From NCBI RefSeq assembly GCF_902713615.1, contig NW_024056013.1, forward strand, positions 1,325,420 to 1,389,419: 64,000 nt of DNA, written 5' to 3'. How positions within the stretch are numbered: the stretch's first letter is position 1; every line of letters begins with the position of its first letter. The notes beneath the pieces are model-generated. The model was not told the origin of the DNA. It worked only from the letters and a program-made list of their open reading frames with translations, and ran no database searches. The stretch is from Scyliorhinus canicula (lineage: Eukaryota). This document shows positions 36,485 to 48,850 of the stretch, piece after piece. The translations under genes and the position numbers were made by a program.

Positions 36485-36640
36485 GAGGCCCGAGTCTTGT
36501 GTGGGTTCCGGCCGGTTGGCAGGTTCCCTTCCCTGAAGGACATTAGTGAACCAGTTGGGTTTTTATGATAATCCAACAGTTTTAATGGTCACTTTATCCC
36601 AGTGTTGGCCCCACAAATGACCAGATTCATTCAGATCAAT
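36485..36640 (-). mobile_element. DeuSINE (Deu-domain) fragment
   Basis: Minus strand aaaaacccaactggttcactaatgtccttcagggaaggga matches the Deu core at ~43310-43365. Confidence 0.7.
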
Positions 36641-36820
36641 TTCACAACCTGTCTTTGTGTTTTTGTGGGTTCCCTCTCATTCCCTTTTTTTTTGTTTTAA
36701 ATCAATTTAACAGAGTGTTACAAGGGGAAGATTTGCAGTCAGGAAACTCAAACCAAACATTACATCAGGATCTGAGGATCGCCCAATTTGTTGCAATCTG
36801 AATATCAGTGAATTTTGAAC

Positions 36821-37597
36821 ATGGAAGGAAAAAGCACCGTTCACAATGAGGAGAAACCATGGGAATGTGAGGAGGGATTCAGATCCACATCTCAACTGGA
36901 AATTCATCATCCCAGACACTCTGGGGAGAGATCATTCACTTGCTCCGATTGTGGGAAGGGATTCTCTCGATCATCCAGCCTGCTACAACACCAGCGAGTG
37001 CACACCGGGGAGAAACCATTCAACTGCTCCGTGTGTGGGAAGGGATTCGCTCAGTCGTCCAGCCTGCTGAGACACCAGCGAGTTCACACTGGGAAGAGAC
37101 CATTCATCTGCTCAGAGTGTGGGAAAGGATTCATTCGGTCATCAGACTTGATGATGCACCAGCGGGTTCACACGGACGAGAGACCATTTAAATGTCCAGA
37201 CTGTGGGAAGTGCTATAAAGGTTCTCGGGCTCTGATACTCCATCAACGTGTTCACACTGATGAGAGACCTTTTCAATGTCCAGACTGTGGGAAATGCTTT
37301 AAAAGTTCCGGGGAACTTATGCGGCATCAACGTATTCACACTGACGAGAAACCGTTCAGGTGCTCTTACTGTGGGACTGGGTTCAAGACATCATCTGACC
37401 TCACTGTACACCAGCGAACTCACACTGGGGAGAGGCCATTCACCTGCTCCCAGTGTGGGAAGACATTCACTCAGTCATCCAGCCTGCTGACACACAAGCG
37501 GGTTCACACTGCGGAGAGGCCTTACATCTGCCCCAAGTGTGGAAAGGGATTCACACAGTCATCCAACCTGATGAGACACCAGCGAATTCACAAGTAA
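36821..37597 (+). CDS. C2H2 zinc-finger protein copy C, intact, 8 fingers plus 1 degenerate (258 aa)
   Basis: ATG at 36821; TGEKPF/TDERPF linkers; open to TAA at 37595-37597; acceptor tttaacag|a at 36713/36714. Confidence 0.85.
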   Translation: MEGKSTVHNEEKPWECEEGFRSTSQLEIHHPRHSGERSFTCSDCGKGFSRSSSLLQHQRVHTGEKPFNCSVCGKGFAQSSSLLRHQRVHTGKRPFICSECGKGFIRSSDLMMHQRVHTDERPFKCPDCGKCYKGSRALILHQRVHTDERPFQCPDCGKCFKSSGELMRHQRIHTDEKPFRCSYCGTGFKTSSDLTVHQRTHTGERPFTCSQCGKTFTQSSSLLTHKRVHTAERPYICPKCGKGFTQSSNLMRHQRIHK

Positions 37598-37744
37598 TTA
37601 CAGTGAGTGGATTTTGCTGTTAATCACATCCAGGTCTGATCCATCTTCATTGGGGTCTGTTTCTGCTGATGTTAATACATTTCAAACCAGTTACACAGGC
37701 TAATAGTCAAGATAACATTTAAATAAATCAGCTTAGGGTTAACA

Positions 37745-40620
37745 TGCTATATTTAATCTTTTTTTTAAATTTAGAATGCCCGATTCATTTTTTTCCAATT
37801 AAGGGGCAATTTAGTGTGGCCAATCTACCTAACCGGCACATCTTTTTTGTTGTGGGGGCGAAACCCACGCAAACACGGGGAGAATGTGCAAACTCCACAC
37901 GGACAGTGACCCAGAACTGGGATACCTGGGACCTCGGCGCCATGAGGCAGCAGTGCTATCCACTGCACCACCGTGCTGCCCCTATTTAATCTTTTTAACA
38001 CCTCAAACATAAGTTAGTTCCTTTTGAAGGATCCTCCTTCTCCCCTGTCTTCTCCATTCTCATCTCCAAAAACAACTGCGAGGAGCTCGTGGAGATTCTT
38101 TGTCATGAAGATTGAGACAATCCGATCAGATACCCCTGCTGTTTTTCTCCCTTCCTCTAACCCACCAGACAAAACTGTCTCAAAACAAATGTCCCTTGTC
38201 TGAGTCATGAACTCACATCTATCTCCAGTTTCTGTCTGGTCTCCTGTCATGTCCCGTTCAATCTCATCTTGTTTACAAAACCTGCCTTCTGCTCCATTGA
38301 CCCTATTCTCACTAAACCGCTGACCATCCAACTTCCCACATTAACTGATATTGTTAACAGTTCTCTCTCTCTTCTGGTGCTGCCCCTCAATTTAAATATA
38401 CCATCCTCACCCATCCTGTGAAAACAACCCTTGACCCCCAACTTCTTTGCAAATGACCACCCCATCTCCAACCTCCCTTTCCTCTCCAATTTGGTGTCTC
38501 CCAAGAATCTATCCTTGGCCCCTCCTGTTTCTCATCTACATGATGGCACGAGAATCCATAGAATCACCACAGTGCAGAAGGAGACCACTCGGCACTTCAA
38601 GTTTGCACTGACTGCCTGAAAGTGGACCCTAGCTAGGCCCACTCCCCCTTCCTCTCCCAGTAACACCGCCTAACCTGCTCATCTTTGGACTGTGAGAGGA
38701 AATCAGAGCACCTGGAGGAAACTCACAGATTTGAGGAGTATGCACAAACTACACACACTGTGTGATATTTGCACGTTCTCCCCGTGTCTGTGTGGGTTTC
38801 CTCCAGATGCTCTGGTTTCCTCCCACAGTCCAAAGATGCGCAGGTTAGGTGGATTGGCCATGCTAAGTTGCCCCTTAGTGTCCAATATTCGGGTGGGGTT
38901 ACGGGGATAGATCGGGGGAGTGGGCCTAGGTGGGATGATCATTTAGAGGGTCAGTGCAGAATCAATGGGCTGAATGGCCTCCATCTGCACTTTGGGGATT
39001 CTATTAAAGACAAATGTGGGTTCATTAGAGGACGAGACAGGATTTATTTATAATGGGGAACAGGGAAATGGCAGAGAAGCTAAATAATTACTTTGTGTCT
39101 GTCTCCACGGAGGAACGTAGAAAAACCTCCCAGAAATAAGAGAGAAACTACAGTCTAATGGGAATGAGGAACTGAATGAGATGAGTGAAAAAGTAGCACT
39201 GGAGAAATTAATGGGATTGAAAGTTGATAAATACCTGGGACCCGATGATTTACATTGCAGAGTGTCAGAGGAGGTGGCTGTCGACACAGTGGATACGCTG
39301 CTGGTCATCTTTCAACATTCTATAGACTCTGCAGATTGGAGGTTCAAAATGTAATCCCACTTTTTCAGAAATGGGGGAATAAATGGGGAACTATAGACTT
39401 ATTATCCTGACATCAGTAATGGGAAAAATACTAGAATCTGTTGCAAAGGATGTATTAACAGCAACATTTAGAAAATAATTAACTGATCTGGGAAATTCAG
39501 CATGAATTTCTGAAAGAGAAATGATATGTTCCATGGGGCAGCATGGTAGCACAGTGGGTAGCACAGTTGCTTCAAAGCTCCAGGGTCCCAGGTTCGATTA
39601 TCGACATGGGTCACTGTCTATGTGGAGTCTGCATGTTTTCCCCGTGTCTGCGTGGGTTTCCTCCGGGGCTCCGGTTTCCTCCCACAGTCCAAAGATGTGC
39701 AAGTTAGGTCGATTGGCCATGATAAATTGCCCTTTGTGTCCAAAAAAAGTTCGGTGGGGTTACTGGGTTATGAGGAGAGGGGAGAAGTGTGGGCTTAAGT
39801 TGGGTGCTATTTCCAAGGGCCAGCACAGACTTGATGGGCCGAATGCCCTCCTTCTGCACTGTAAATTCTATGATTCCAAAGCTGTTGAAAGTTTTCTTTA
39901 AGAATATTACCACTGTGTCTGCGTGGGTTTCACCCCACAACCCAAAAATGTGTGGGTTAAGTGGATTGGCCATGCTAAATTGCCCCTTATTTGAAACAAA
40001 ACATAACTGGGTACTCTACATTAATAAAAAAAAAGAATAATGCTGCAAAAGAGATAAGGGAACCAGTGGATGTGGTGCATTTGGATTTTCAGAAGACTTT
40101 TGATAAAGTCCAACAGAGGAGGTTCGGAAACATATGAATGGTGGGGGGGATATACTGGCACAGATTGAGGATTCACAGACAACAGCGAGCAGGAATAAAT
40201 GGATCATTTTCAGCTGGGCAGACTATGACCAGTGAGGTATTACAAGGATCAGTATTTGGGCTCCAGTTATTCACAATCTGTGTCAATGATGTGGGTGCGG
40301 GGACCAAATGCAATATTTCCATGTTTGCTGATGACTCAAAACTAGGTGAGAATGTGCGTTCTGAGGAGGATGCAAAGAGGATTCAAGAGTATTTGGACAG
40401 GATAATGAATGGGCAAGAACATGGCAGATGGATGATAATATAGACAAAATATTGTCTATTATATTGTCTAAATATTGGAACGGTGATGTAGTATATTTCT
40501 TAAATGGTGAGCGATTGGGAAGTGCCGATATCCAGAGGGATCTGGGTGTCCTTGTTCATGAGTCACCAAAATCAGGTGTAGCAAGTGATCAGGAAGGCAA
40601 GTGGTGTGTTGAACATCATT
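37745..40620. mobile_element. SINE/LINE cluster: V-SINEs (- ~37745-37982, - ~38580-38730, + ~38765-39005, + ~39534-39880, + ~39910-40030) and CR1 fragments
   Basis: V-domain sequences; CR1 peptides QGSVFGLQLF..MFADDSKLG. Confidence 0.75.
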
Positions 40621-41704
40621 GCAAGAGGATCTGAGTATCTGTTGGAATTTATTATCAAGTTAGCAATACTTTACTAAAACCAAAACGGTTCAATATCTAA
40701 AATCCTGGGGCTTCTGACCTGGTCTGGCTTCGAGCAGAGGAACCAGATTAGAACAATGTGCTGATTACACTCACAGCTCTTTCTAATGTGTCCTCCTTTG
40801 AGTATCCAATAATCTCATGGTCTCAATGTGCAGTTACTTATGTAATAGAAATAAACATTAAATCAACACCCCATTGTTTCCTACTTTCTGAGTGTGTTTA
40901 ATGGAGTCTGGATACGGAGAATTCTGTAAAACCACAATGTATATTGAACAATCTGTTACAATTTGAAATGAAGTGCAGGATTTCTGTAAAGCTGTGGCTC
41001 CATTATCAGCAAAGCTCTTTTCATCCACAAAGCAGATAAATTACTGAGTGAATCTCTTCCCACACAACCACGACACCTAGAAGGACAAGGGCAGCAGATG
41101 TATGGAACAACACCTCGTGGTAGTTTCCTTCCAAGCCACACGCCATCAGGACTTGGAAAAATACCGCCGTTCCTTCACTGTTGCTGTATCGATATCCTGG
41201 ACAGAAGATATCTCTTCCTAACAGTGCTGTGGGTGTACGTACACCACATGGACTGAAGAGGTTCAAGAAGGTGGCCCACCTCTGCCTTCTGAGTAAATTT
41301 AATGGACCTGCTCTGAAGTGGGAGTCACTCGGGGCAGGTACAACACTTGTCAGGAACAGTGCAAGTCTACCTCTCCACTTTCCCAACAAACACTCCCAAG
41401 GTATGTACAGCCCATCTAAGGTACAAAGTTCTCTCCAAATCATCCCATCACAAACTCACAGGACAAGTACAGCCCAAGCTAGGTACAAACGAAAACTCCC
41501 ACTACATGCTACATCAAACAGTGCCAGAGAGTAGGTACAGCACAGCTTTGATAAGGGTAAAATTCCCACTGCCCTGTCCCAACAAACACTCCCAGCTCCT
41601 GATGAACTGGAGTCTGGGAGGGCATTTACCAGGTAATGGAATGATGTCATAAAGCATCACCATTCAATGGAGCTGGTTCTCTCCTTGTCCCTTTAAAGTG
41701 GAAA

Positions 41705-42720
41705 ACGGGAACATCCTGTCTCCAAACACATCCCACCCTGTTCACACTGAGAACCCCAGGGTGGGGAACTGGGACATCCTGTCTCCAAACACATCCCGCC
41801 GTGTTCACACTGAGAATCCCAGGGTGGGGAACTGAGACATCCTGGGCGCGATTCTCCGCTGCCCACGACGGGTCGGAGAATAGCGGGAGGGCATACCCGA
41901 CATTTTTCACGCCCACCCGCTATTCTCACCCCCCCCCCCCCCCCCCCCCCCCCCCACGGCCGCCCCACGACATGAATCGCTGCCTGCCGTTTTTTACGGC
42001 GCACAGCGATTCTCCCCAGGCCGATGGGCCAAGTGCCAGGCCTTTACGACCGTTTTTACGGCAGCAAACACACCTGCTTGCTGCCGTCGTAAAAACGGGC
42101 GCAACATGCCCGTCCTGGGCATCCATGGGCCCGCGATCGGTGCCCACCGATCGCAGGCAGTGCGTCCGTAACGGACGCACTCTTTCTCCCTCCGCCACCC
42201 CGCAGGATCAGTCCACGGGGCGGCCGAGGGAGATGACGGCCCCGCGCATGCGCGGGTTGGAGCCGTCCAATCCGTGCATACGCGGCTGACGTCATCGTGC
42301 GCGTCAGCCGGCGTGACACTTGGTGCGCAGACTTAGCGACGGTCGCTAAGCCCACGATGTCGTGCTTCACGGGGCCCGCTGCTAGCCCCACCCGGGTGGG
42401 AGAATCGGGTCCCGGGAGGGGGCGCGGACGCTGCGGTGAAACACGGCCAGTTTCATGGCAGCCTTTATGACTCGCCGCATTTGCGGAGAATTGTGCCCCC
42501 TGTCTCCAAACACATCCCACCCTGTTCACACTGAGAACCCCAGGATGGGGAACTGGGACATCCTGTTTCCAAACACATCCCACCCTGTTCACACTGAGAA
42601 CCACAGGGTGGGAACTGAGACATCCTGTCTCCAAATAAATCCCACCCTGTTGACACTGAGAATCCCAGGATGGAGAACTGGAACATCCTGTCTCCGAACA
42701 CATCCCACCGTGTTCACATT
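41705..42720 (+). repeat. ~63 bp minisatellite (~6 copies) split by a TIR element
   Basis: gggaactgggacatcctgtctccaaacacatcccaccctgttcacactgagaaccccagg repeated at ~41705-41843 and 42499-42720. Confidence 0.9.
41844..42498. mobile_element. Non-autonomous DNA transposon (MITE), 655 bp, 16-bp imperfect TIRs, 3-bp TSD (CCT)
   Basis: Left GGGCGCGATTCTCCGC, right GCGGAGAATTGTGCCC; CCT at 41841-41843 and 42499-42501; removing the element and one CCT restores the minisatellite unit. Confidence 0.85.
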
Positions 42721-42967
42721 GTTTGTTTAACTATCTTTCCCAAATAATTTACACAGCCTCTTATTATTTTTGATTTTGAGTCCCTGAACTCTGACAGTGA
42801 TTGGTAAGTGGACCAGGTCTTTATTGGACATTCATTTATCTCTTTCCGTGTTTATTGAAGCTACGGAGCTTCATATCCTCTTATTTTGTACCTATTGTGG
42901 ACAATGTTTCACTTTACTGCTCTTTGGGTAAATAACGTAAAATTTTGATGTCTTCAGGGTTTTTGCA

Positions 42968-43105
42968 GTAAGAAGTCTTACAACACCAGGTTAAAGTCCA
43001 ACATGTTTGTTTCAAACACGAGCTTTCGGATCACTGCTCCTTCCTCAGGTGTTGTAAGACTTCTTACTGTGTTCACCCCAGTCCAACGCCAGCATCTCCA
43101 CATCG
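42968..43105. mobile_element. Penelope-like element terminal remnant with 21-bp inverted repeat and hammerhead-type core
   Basis: agtaagaagtcttacaacacc (42968-42988) is the exact reverse complement of ggtgttgtaagacttcttact (43048-43068); minus strand contains CTGAGGA-aggagcagtgatcc-GAAA. Confidence 0.6.
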
Positions 43106-43150
43106 TAAGAAATAGGAGTCAGCTACGACACCACTACCACTACCTCCTGT

Positions 43151-43465
43151 GGGGTAGCAGTGATGTAGTGGTATTGTCACTGGACTACTAAACCAGAAAC
43201 CCAGAGTAATGTTCTGTTACCCGGGTTCAAATCCCGCCACTGCAGATGGTGACATTTTAATTAAATAAAAATCTGGAATTAAAAGTCTAATGATGACCAT
43301 GAAACCATTGTCGATTGTCATTAAAAACTCAACTGGTTCACTAATGTCCTTTAGGGAAGGAAATCTGCTGTCCTTACCTGATCTGGCCTCCATGTGACTC
43401 CAGACACACAGCAAAGTGGATGACTCTTAACTGCCTCCTCCAGGGCAATCAGAGATGTTCAATAA
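43151..43465 (+). mobile_element. DeuSINE (SacSINE1-like), full length
   Basis: tRNA head gggtagcagtgatgtagtggt...gggttcaaatccc; Deu domain aaaccattgtcgattgtc..aactggttcactaatgtcctttagggaaggaaatctgctgtccttacctg; tail gggcaatcagagatgttcaataaat. Confidence 0.8.
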
Positions 43466-43858
43466 ATATGAACAAATATTTTTTTAAAATCAGTCTATCG
43501 AGCCTGCTCCACCATCGAATAAGGTCACTTTACTGCCGACCCCCATAAGAGGCCTCTCTTCCATGGGCCTGCATGTGTCTGGGTGGCTCTGGGAAACCGT
43601 TGACACCTTCCATAATCGGTGGGTACCTCAAAGTACAGAGTGTTTCATAGACATTGGTAAAGACATTCTGGTTTAGTCAGGAAGATTCTCTTTTGCTCTT
43701 GTTGGGATTTTGTTTCTGATTTTGATTTATTTTATTTTGATTGAACAACACGTTTGGGAAAACAAGAAAAGAAAAAATGTTGCATAGAAACTAGAATTGC
43801 CTATTCTAAATTTCTGTCCTGCACTGACAGCAATTACTTTTGTAAACTCTGTTTATAG

Positions 43859-44804
43859 AATATTAGAAGATGATTTGTGGATGGGAAACTCAAACCAAGC
43901 ATCACATTAAGATCTGATCATCACTTAATTCACTCGGAGCTGAATATCATCAAGCTTTGAATGTCAAAGGAGAAATATTTATCTGTTTTGGCTGCAGGAA
44001 ATAATTTCAAACATCAGTTGGACTGGAAAAGCACCGAGACACACACACCCGAGTGAGAGTGTTGCAGTGAACTGACTGTGGAAAGAGCTTTAACCAGTTA
44101 CACAGCCTGAAAAACATCATACCATTCACAGTGGTGGAGAAACTGTACATGTGTTCTGTGTGTGGACGAGGCTTCAACTGATCATCCAACCTGCAGAGAC
44201 TCAAACTAATTTGCACTACGAAGAAACCGTGGAAATGTGGGAAGGGATTCCTTTGCCCATCCCAGCTGGAAGCTCATTGACGCAGTCACACTGGGGAGAG
44301 ACCGTTCACCTGCTCCGTGTGTGGGAATGGATTCTCTCTGATGTCCAGCCTTCAGTTACACCTGCGAGTTCACACTGATGAAAGACCTTTTAAATGTTCT
44401 GATTGTGAGAAATGCTTTAAAATCTCACCAGATCTGATTAAACACCAGTTTGTTCAAACTGACGAGAGACCATTCGGTTGTTCTCAGTGTGAGAAGAGAT
44501 TTAGACAGTCGCCTCACCTCATTCAACACCAGCGAGTTCACAGCGGGGAGAGGCCGTACACCTGCTCTGTGTGTGGGAAGGGATTCATTTCATCATCCAA
44601 CCTGGTGAGACACCAACGGATGTTGGTGAGACAAGGGCGAAGATATTCACCTGCTCTGTGTCTGGGAAGGGCTTTACTCAGTCTTCCAACCTGCTGAGAC
44701 ACCAGCAAGTTCACACTGGGGAGAGGCCGTTTACCTTCTCTGTGTGTGGGAAGAGATTCGCTCGATCATTTCACTTGCTGACACACCAGCGAGTTCACAA
44801 ATGA
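43859..44804 (+). pseudogene. C2H2 zinc-finger pseudogene copy D
   Basis: Start codon lost (actACGaagaaaccgtgg versus actATGgagaaaccgtgg); deletion in finger 1, in-frame TGA, short insertion/frameshift near 44620; ~4 readable fingers in 44317-44697. Confidence 0.8.
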
Positions 44805-45951
44805 CTGCGGAGGTCAGATTCTGCTGTTAATCACATTATTCGTTTGTTTATGTTGCTGTTAGTAACTCCTGTAACTGAGACACAGTTTAATTATCTGGAT
44901 ATCTGTTAAATAAATTGGTGATGATGAAAGCAGACAACGCATTTGTAAGCAGATAAGGGTTAGGAGCAGGATCAATCCAGACAACCTGTCTCACCTACAC
45001 TGTTATTCAATACAATCATGGCTGATTGAGCCTCAATCCCTCCCTGTTCACCAGAACCCTTAATTCTCTGAGAGTCCAAAATTCAGTCTATTTCAGTCTT
45101 AAATATGCTCGACAATGGAAACAGAAAATTTAAATTCATAGGACCAAAGGAGGCCTGGTGGCCCATCTCTCTCTCTCTCGCTCCCTCCCTCCCTCCCTCC
45201 CTCCCTGGAACAGTCCCTTGTTAACACTCACCATCCTGCTTCAGCCACTGGAGGATGGTTCACATCAGAGGAGGGGGGATAATAAATAAGAGCTGACACT
45301 TTGCACTCAAATGAATGAGGACTCTGAGCTCTGGGAAACTATTAACAAATGTCTCCTTGTGAAACATCAGCTCAGGGTTACATTGGGCAGGAAGATAGCC
45401 AGAAACTAAAACAGGACAAGACACTGAGTTTAACAGAGAGAGAGAGAGGGAATAGAGAGAGAGAAAGACGAGGATCTGCGGTGGAATGAGAGAAAAAAAT
45501 GTTCCATAGGAACTAGAATTGTCTGTTATGCATTTCTATCCTCCACTTACAGTGATGACTTTGGTAATCTCCCTTTACAGAGCATGGGAAGGTGAGGATT
45601 TGCAGATGTTTAAAGCAGTGAAACAAAACATCACGTCAAGATCTGACAGGCATTTGATTCACCAGGACTTGAATATCATCAGCCTTTGAATGTGGAAGGA
45701 GAAATGTTTGTCTATTCTGTCTGTGGGAACAGATTTCAAATATAAGTATGACTGGAAAAGCACCGAGTCCCACACAACACACACCCGAGTGAGAGAGTTC
45801 CAGTGAACTGACTGTGGAAAGAGCCTCCACCAGTTACACAACCAGAAACCTCACAGTAACATTCAGAGTGGGGAGAAACGGTACATGTGTCCTGTTTGGA
45901 CGAGGCTTCAACTGATCGTCCAACCTGGAGAGTCACAAGGACACCGGCACC

Positions 45952-46779
45952 ATGGAGAAACCGTGGAAATGTGGGGACTGTGGGAAGAGATTCAATTATC
46001 CATCCCTGCTGGAAACTCATCAACTCAGTCACACCCAGGCCAGCATCACACAGATACCATTGAAATGTGGAGAATGTGATAAAGTTATCAGATCCCCATC
46101 AGAGCTGGAAATTCACCAACGCAGTCACACCGGCGAGAGACCATTCAACTGCTCTAAATGTGGGAAGGGATTCACTCAGTTATCCACCCTGACTAGACAC
46201 CAGCAAGTTCACACTGGGAAGAGGCCATTCACCTGCTCAGAGTGTGGGAAGGGATTCATTAATTTAACTAACCTTACTTCTCATCAACTTGTTCACACTG
46301 ATAAGAGACTTTTTAAATGTTCTGACTGCGAGAAGAGCTTCAAAAGCACAAGGGATCTAAAGAGACACCAACACATCCACTCTAGTCAGAGCCCATTCTC
46401 CTGTTCCGTGTGTGGGAAGGGATTCCCTCGGTCATTCAGCCTCCTGAGACACCAGCAAGTTCATACCAGGGAGAGACCGTTCCCTTGCACTAAGTGTAAA
46501 ATGAAATTCACTCGGTTATGCGTCCTGCAGAGACATCAGAAAGTTCACACTGTGGAGAGTCCATTCACCTGCTCCGAGTGTGGGAAGGGATTCATTCAGT
46601 CATCTGCCCTGCTGAGACACCACCGAGTTCACACTGGGGAGAGGTCATTCATCTGCTCCCAGTGTGGGAAGGGATTCATTGAGTCATCCCATCTGCTGAA
46701 ACACTGGCGAATTCACACTGGGGAGAGGCCGTTCACCTGCTCCCAGTGTGGGGATTTGCTCAGTCCTCCCACCTACTGA
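45952..46779 (+). CDS. C2H2 zinc-finger protein copy E: 9 fingers, last finger lost by a 4-nt deletion
   Basis: [10 protein letters not shown]...; tgtggg|gatttgctcag versus the usual tgtgggaagggattt; the shifted frame continues GFAQSSHLLKHQQVHE*; acceptor ctttacag|a at 45580/45581. Confidence 0.75.
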   Translation: MEKPWKCGDCGKRFNYPSLLETHQLSHTQASITQIPLKCGECDKVIRSPSELEIHQRSHTGERPFNCSKCGKGFTQLSTLTRHQQVHTGKRPFTCSECGKGFINLTNLTSHQLVHTDKRLFKCSDCEKSFKSTRDLKRHQHIHSSQSPFSCSVCGKGFPRSFSLLRHQQVHTRERPFPCTKCKMKFTRLCVLQRHQKVHTVESPFTCSECGKGFIQSSALLRHHRVHTGERSFICSQCGKGFIESSHLLKHWRIHTGERPFTCSQCGDLLSPPTY

Positions 46780-47089
46780 AACACCAGCAAGTTCACGAGT
46801 GACTGCAGGGTTGGATTCTGCTCTTATTGCTTCTGTTAATCACATCCAGGACTGAACTATGTCCATTCTGACAGGGCTTGTTTTCCCTTCCATTAATAAT
46901 GCCTGTGACTGGACTGGAGTTTAATATTTTGATATGCGTTAAGTATAACAGTGTTTTCTAAATACAGTGTTAGGTATTTGTTTTCCCCAAGAGGAGACTA
47001 ATTGTTGTGACATCAAGTTCAGGAGATTTGTATGTGAGGAAGTAACCAGGATGTAAAGCAGCTTCTGATCAGCAGCTAGTATTGTGTAG

Positions 47090-48850
47090 GAATTTCAGAT
47101 AAATCCCCAGGGTCTGAGAATCTGCATCCCAGAGTGCTTAAGGAAGTGGCTCTGGAAATAGTGAATGCATTGATGGTCACCTTCCGGGATTTTGTAGACT
47201 CTGGAACAGTCCCTGCAGATTGGAGGATAGCTCACGTCACTCCAATATTCAAAAAGGGAGGTAGAGAGAAAGCAGGGAATTATAGACCAGTAAGCCTAAC
47301 ATCCGTAGTGGGAAAAATCCATTATCAAAGATAGGGGCTGGTTTAGCACACAGGGCTAAATTGCTGGCTTTGAAAGCAGACCAGGGCAGGCCAGCAGCAC
47401 GGTTTGATTCCCGTACCAGCCTTCCCGAACAGGCGCCAGAATGTAGCGACTAGGGGCTTTTCACAGTAACTTCATTTGAAGCCTACTTGTGACAATAAGC
47501 GATTTTCATTTCATTTCAAGGACTTTATGGCGAAACATTTAGAAAGCACTAGGAGGATCAGTCAGAGTCAGCATAGATTTATGAAGGGAAAATCATGCTT
47601 GACAAATCTGTTGGAATTCTTTGAAGATGTAACCAGTACAGTGAAGCCAGTCGATGTGGTACATTTGGACTTTCAGAAGGCGTTTGACAAAGTCTCGCTT
47701 CAGAGATTATTGTGCAAAATTAAAGCGCATGTGATTGGGGGAAATGGATTGAGGTGGATAGAAAACTGGCTGGCAGAGAGGAAACAAAGAGTAGGAATTA
47801 ATGGGTCCTTTTCAAATTGGCAGGCAGTAACCAGTGGGATCCCTAAGGGATCGGTGCTGGGACCCCAGCTATTCACAATATATGTTAATGATTTGGAGGG
47901 AACAAAATGTAACATCTTAAAGTTTGCAGATGAAACCAAGTTGGGTGGGAGGGTGAACTGGGACGAGCATACAGGGATTCTACAGCAAGATCTGGACAGG
48001 TTGGGTGAGTGGGCAAATCAATGGCAGAGCTATATAATTTGGATAAGTGAGAGGTTATTCGCTTTGGAAACAAAAACAGGAAGGCAGATTACTACCTGAA
48101 TGGTTGTAACTTGGGAGAGGGGAGTGTGCAGTGGGACCTGGGTGTCCTTGTGCACCAGTCGCCGAAGGTAAGCATGCAGGTGCAGCAGGCAGTAAACAAG
48201 GCTAATGGTATGTTGGCCTTCAATGCGAGAGGTTTCAAGTACAGAAACAGGGATGTGTTGCTGCAATTATACAGGGCCTTGGTAAAGCCACACCTGGGGT
48301 ATTGTGTGCAGTTTTGGTCTCCTTCTCTAAGGAAGGATGTTCTTGCTCTCGAGGGAATGCAACAAAAGGTTACCAGACTGATTCCAGGGATGGTGGGACT
48401 GTCATATGAACAGAGATTGACTCGGTTGGGATTGTTCTTGCTGGAGTTCAGAAGAATGAGAGGGGGATCTCATAAAATTCGAACAGGACTAGTCAGGGTA
48501 GATACAGGGCAGATGTTACCAATGATGGGTGTGTCCAGAACCAGGGGTCACAATCTGAGAATTCAGGATGAACCATTTCGGACAAAGATGAGGAGACATT
48601 TCTTCACCCAAAGAGTGGTGAGCTGTGGAATCCATTACCACAGGAAGTAGTTGATGGTAAAACATTGAATATATTCAAGAGATGGCTAGATATAGCACTT
48701 GGGGTGAATGTAATCAAAGGCTATGGGGAGAAACCAGGATTAGGTTATTGAGTTGTATGATCAGACATAATCGTGATGAATGGCGGACCAAGCTCAATGG
48801 GCCAAAAGGCCTCATCCTGCTCCTGTCTTCTATGTACCTATGTATCTATG
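47090..48850 (+). mobile_element. CR1 ORF2 RT region with frameshifts; short SINE inserted at 47334-47518
   Basis: Peptides LKEVALEIV..NYRPVSLTSVVGK, LDFQKAFDKV, KFADETKLG, RPHLGYCVQFWSP. Confidence 0.9.

Noticed and set aside
41290-41700. Short internal repeats (ggtaca..., cccaacaaacactccca twice) with a 140-aa minus-strand ORF
   Set aside because: Probably a decayed TE fragment; no recognisable domain and too degenerate to call
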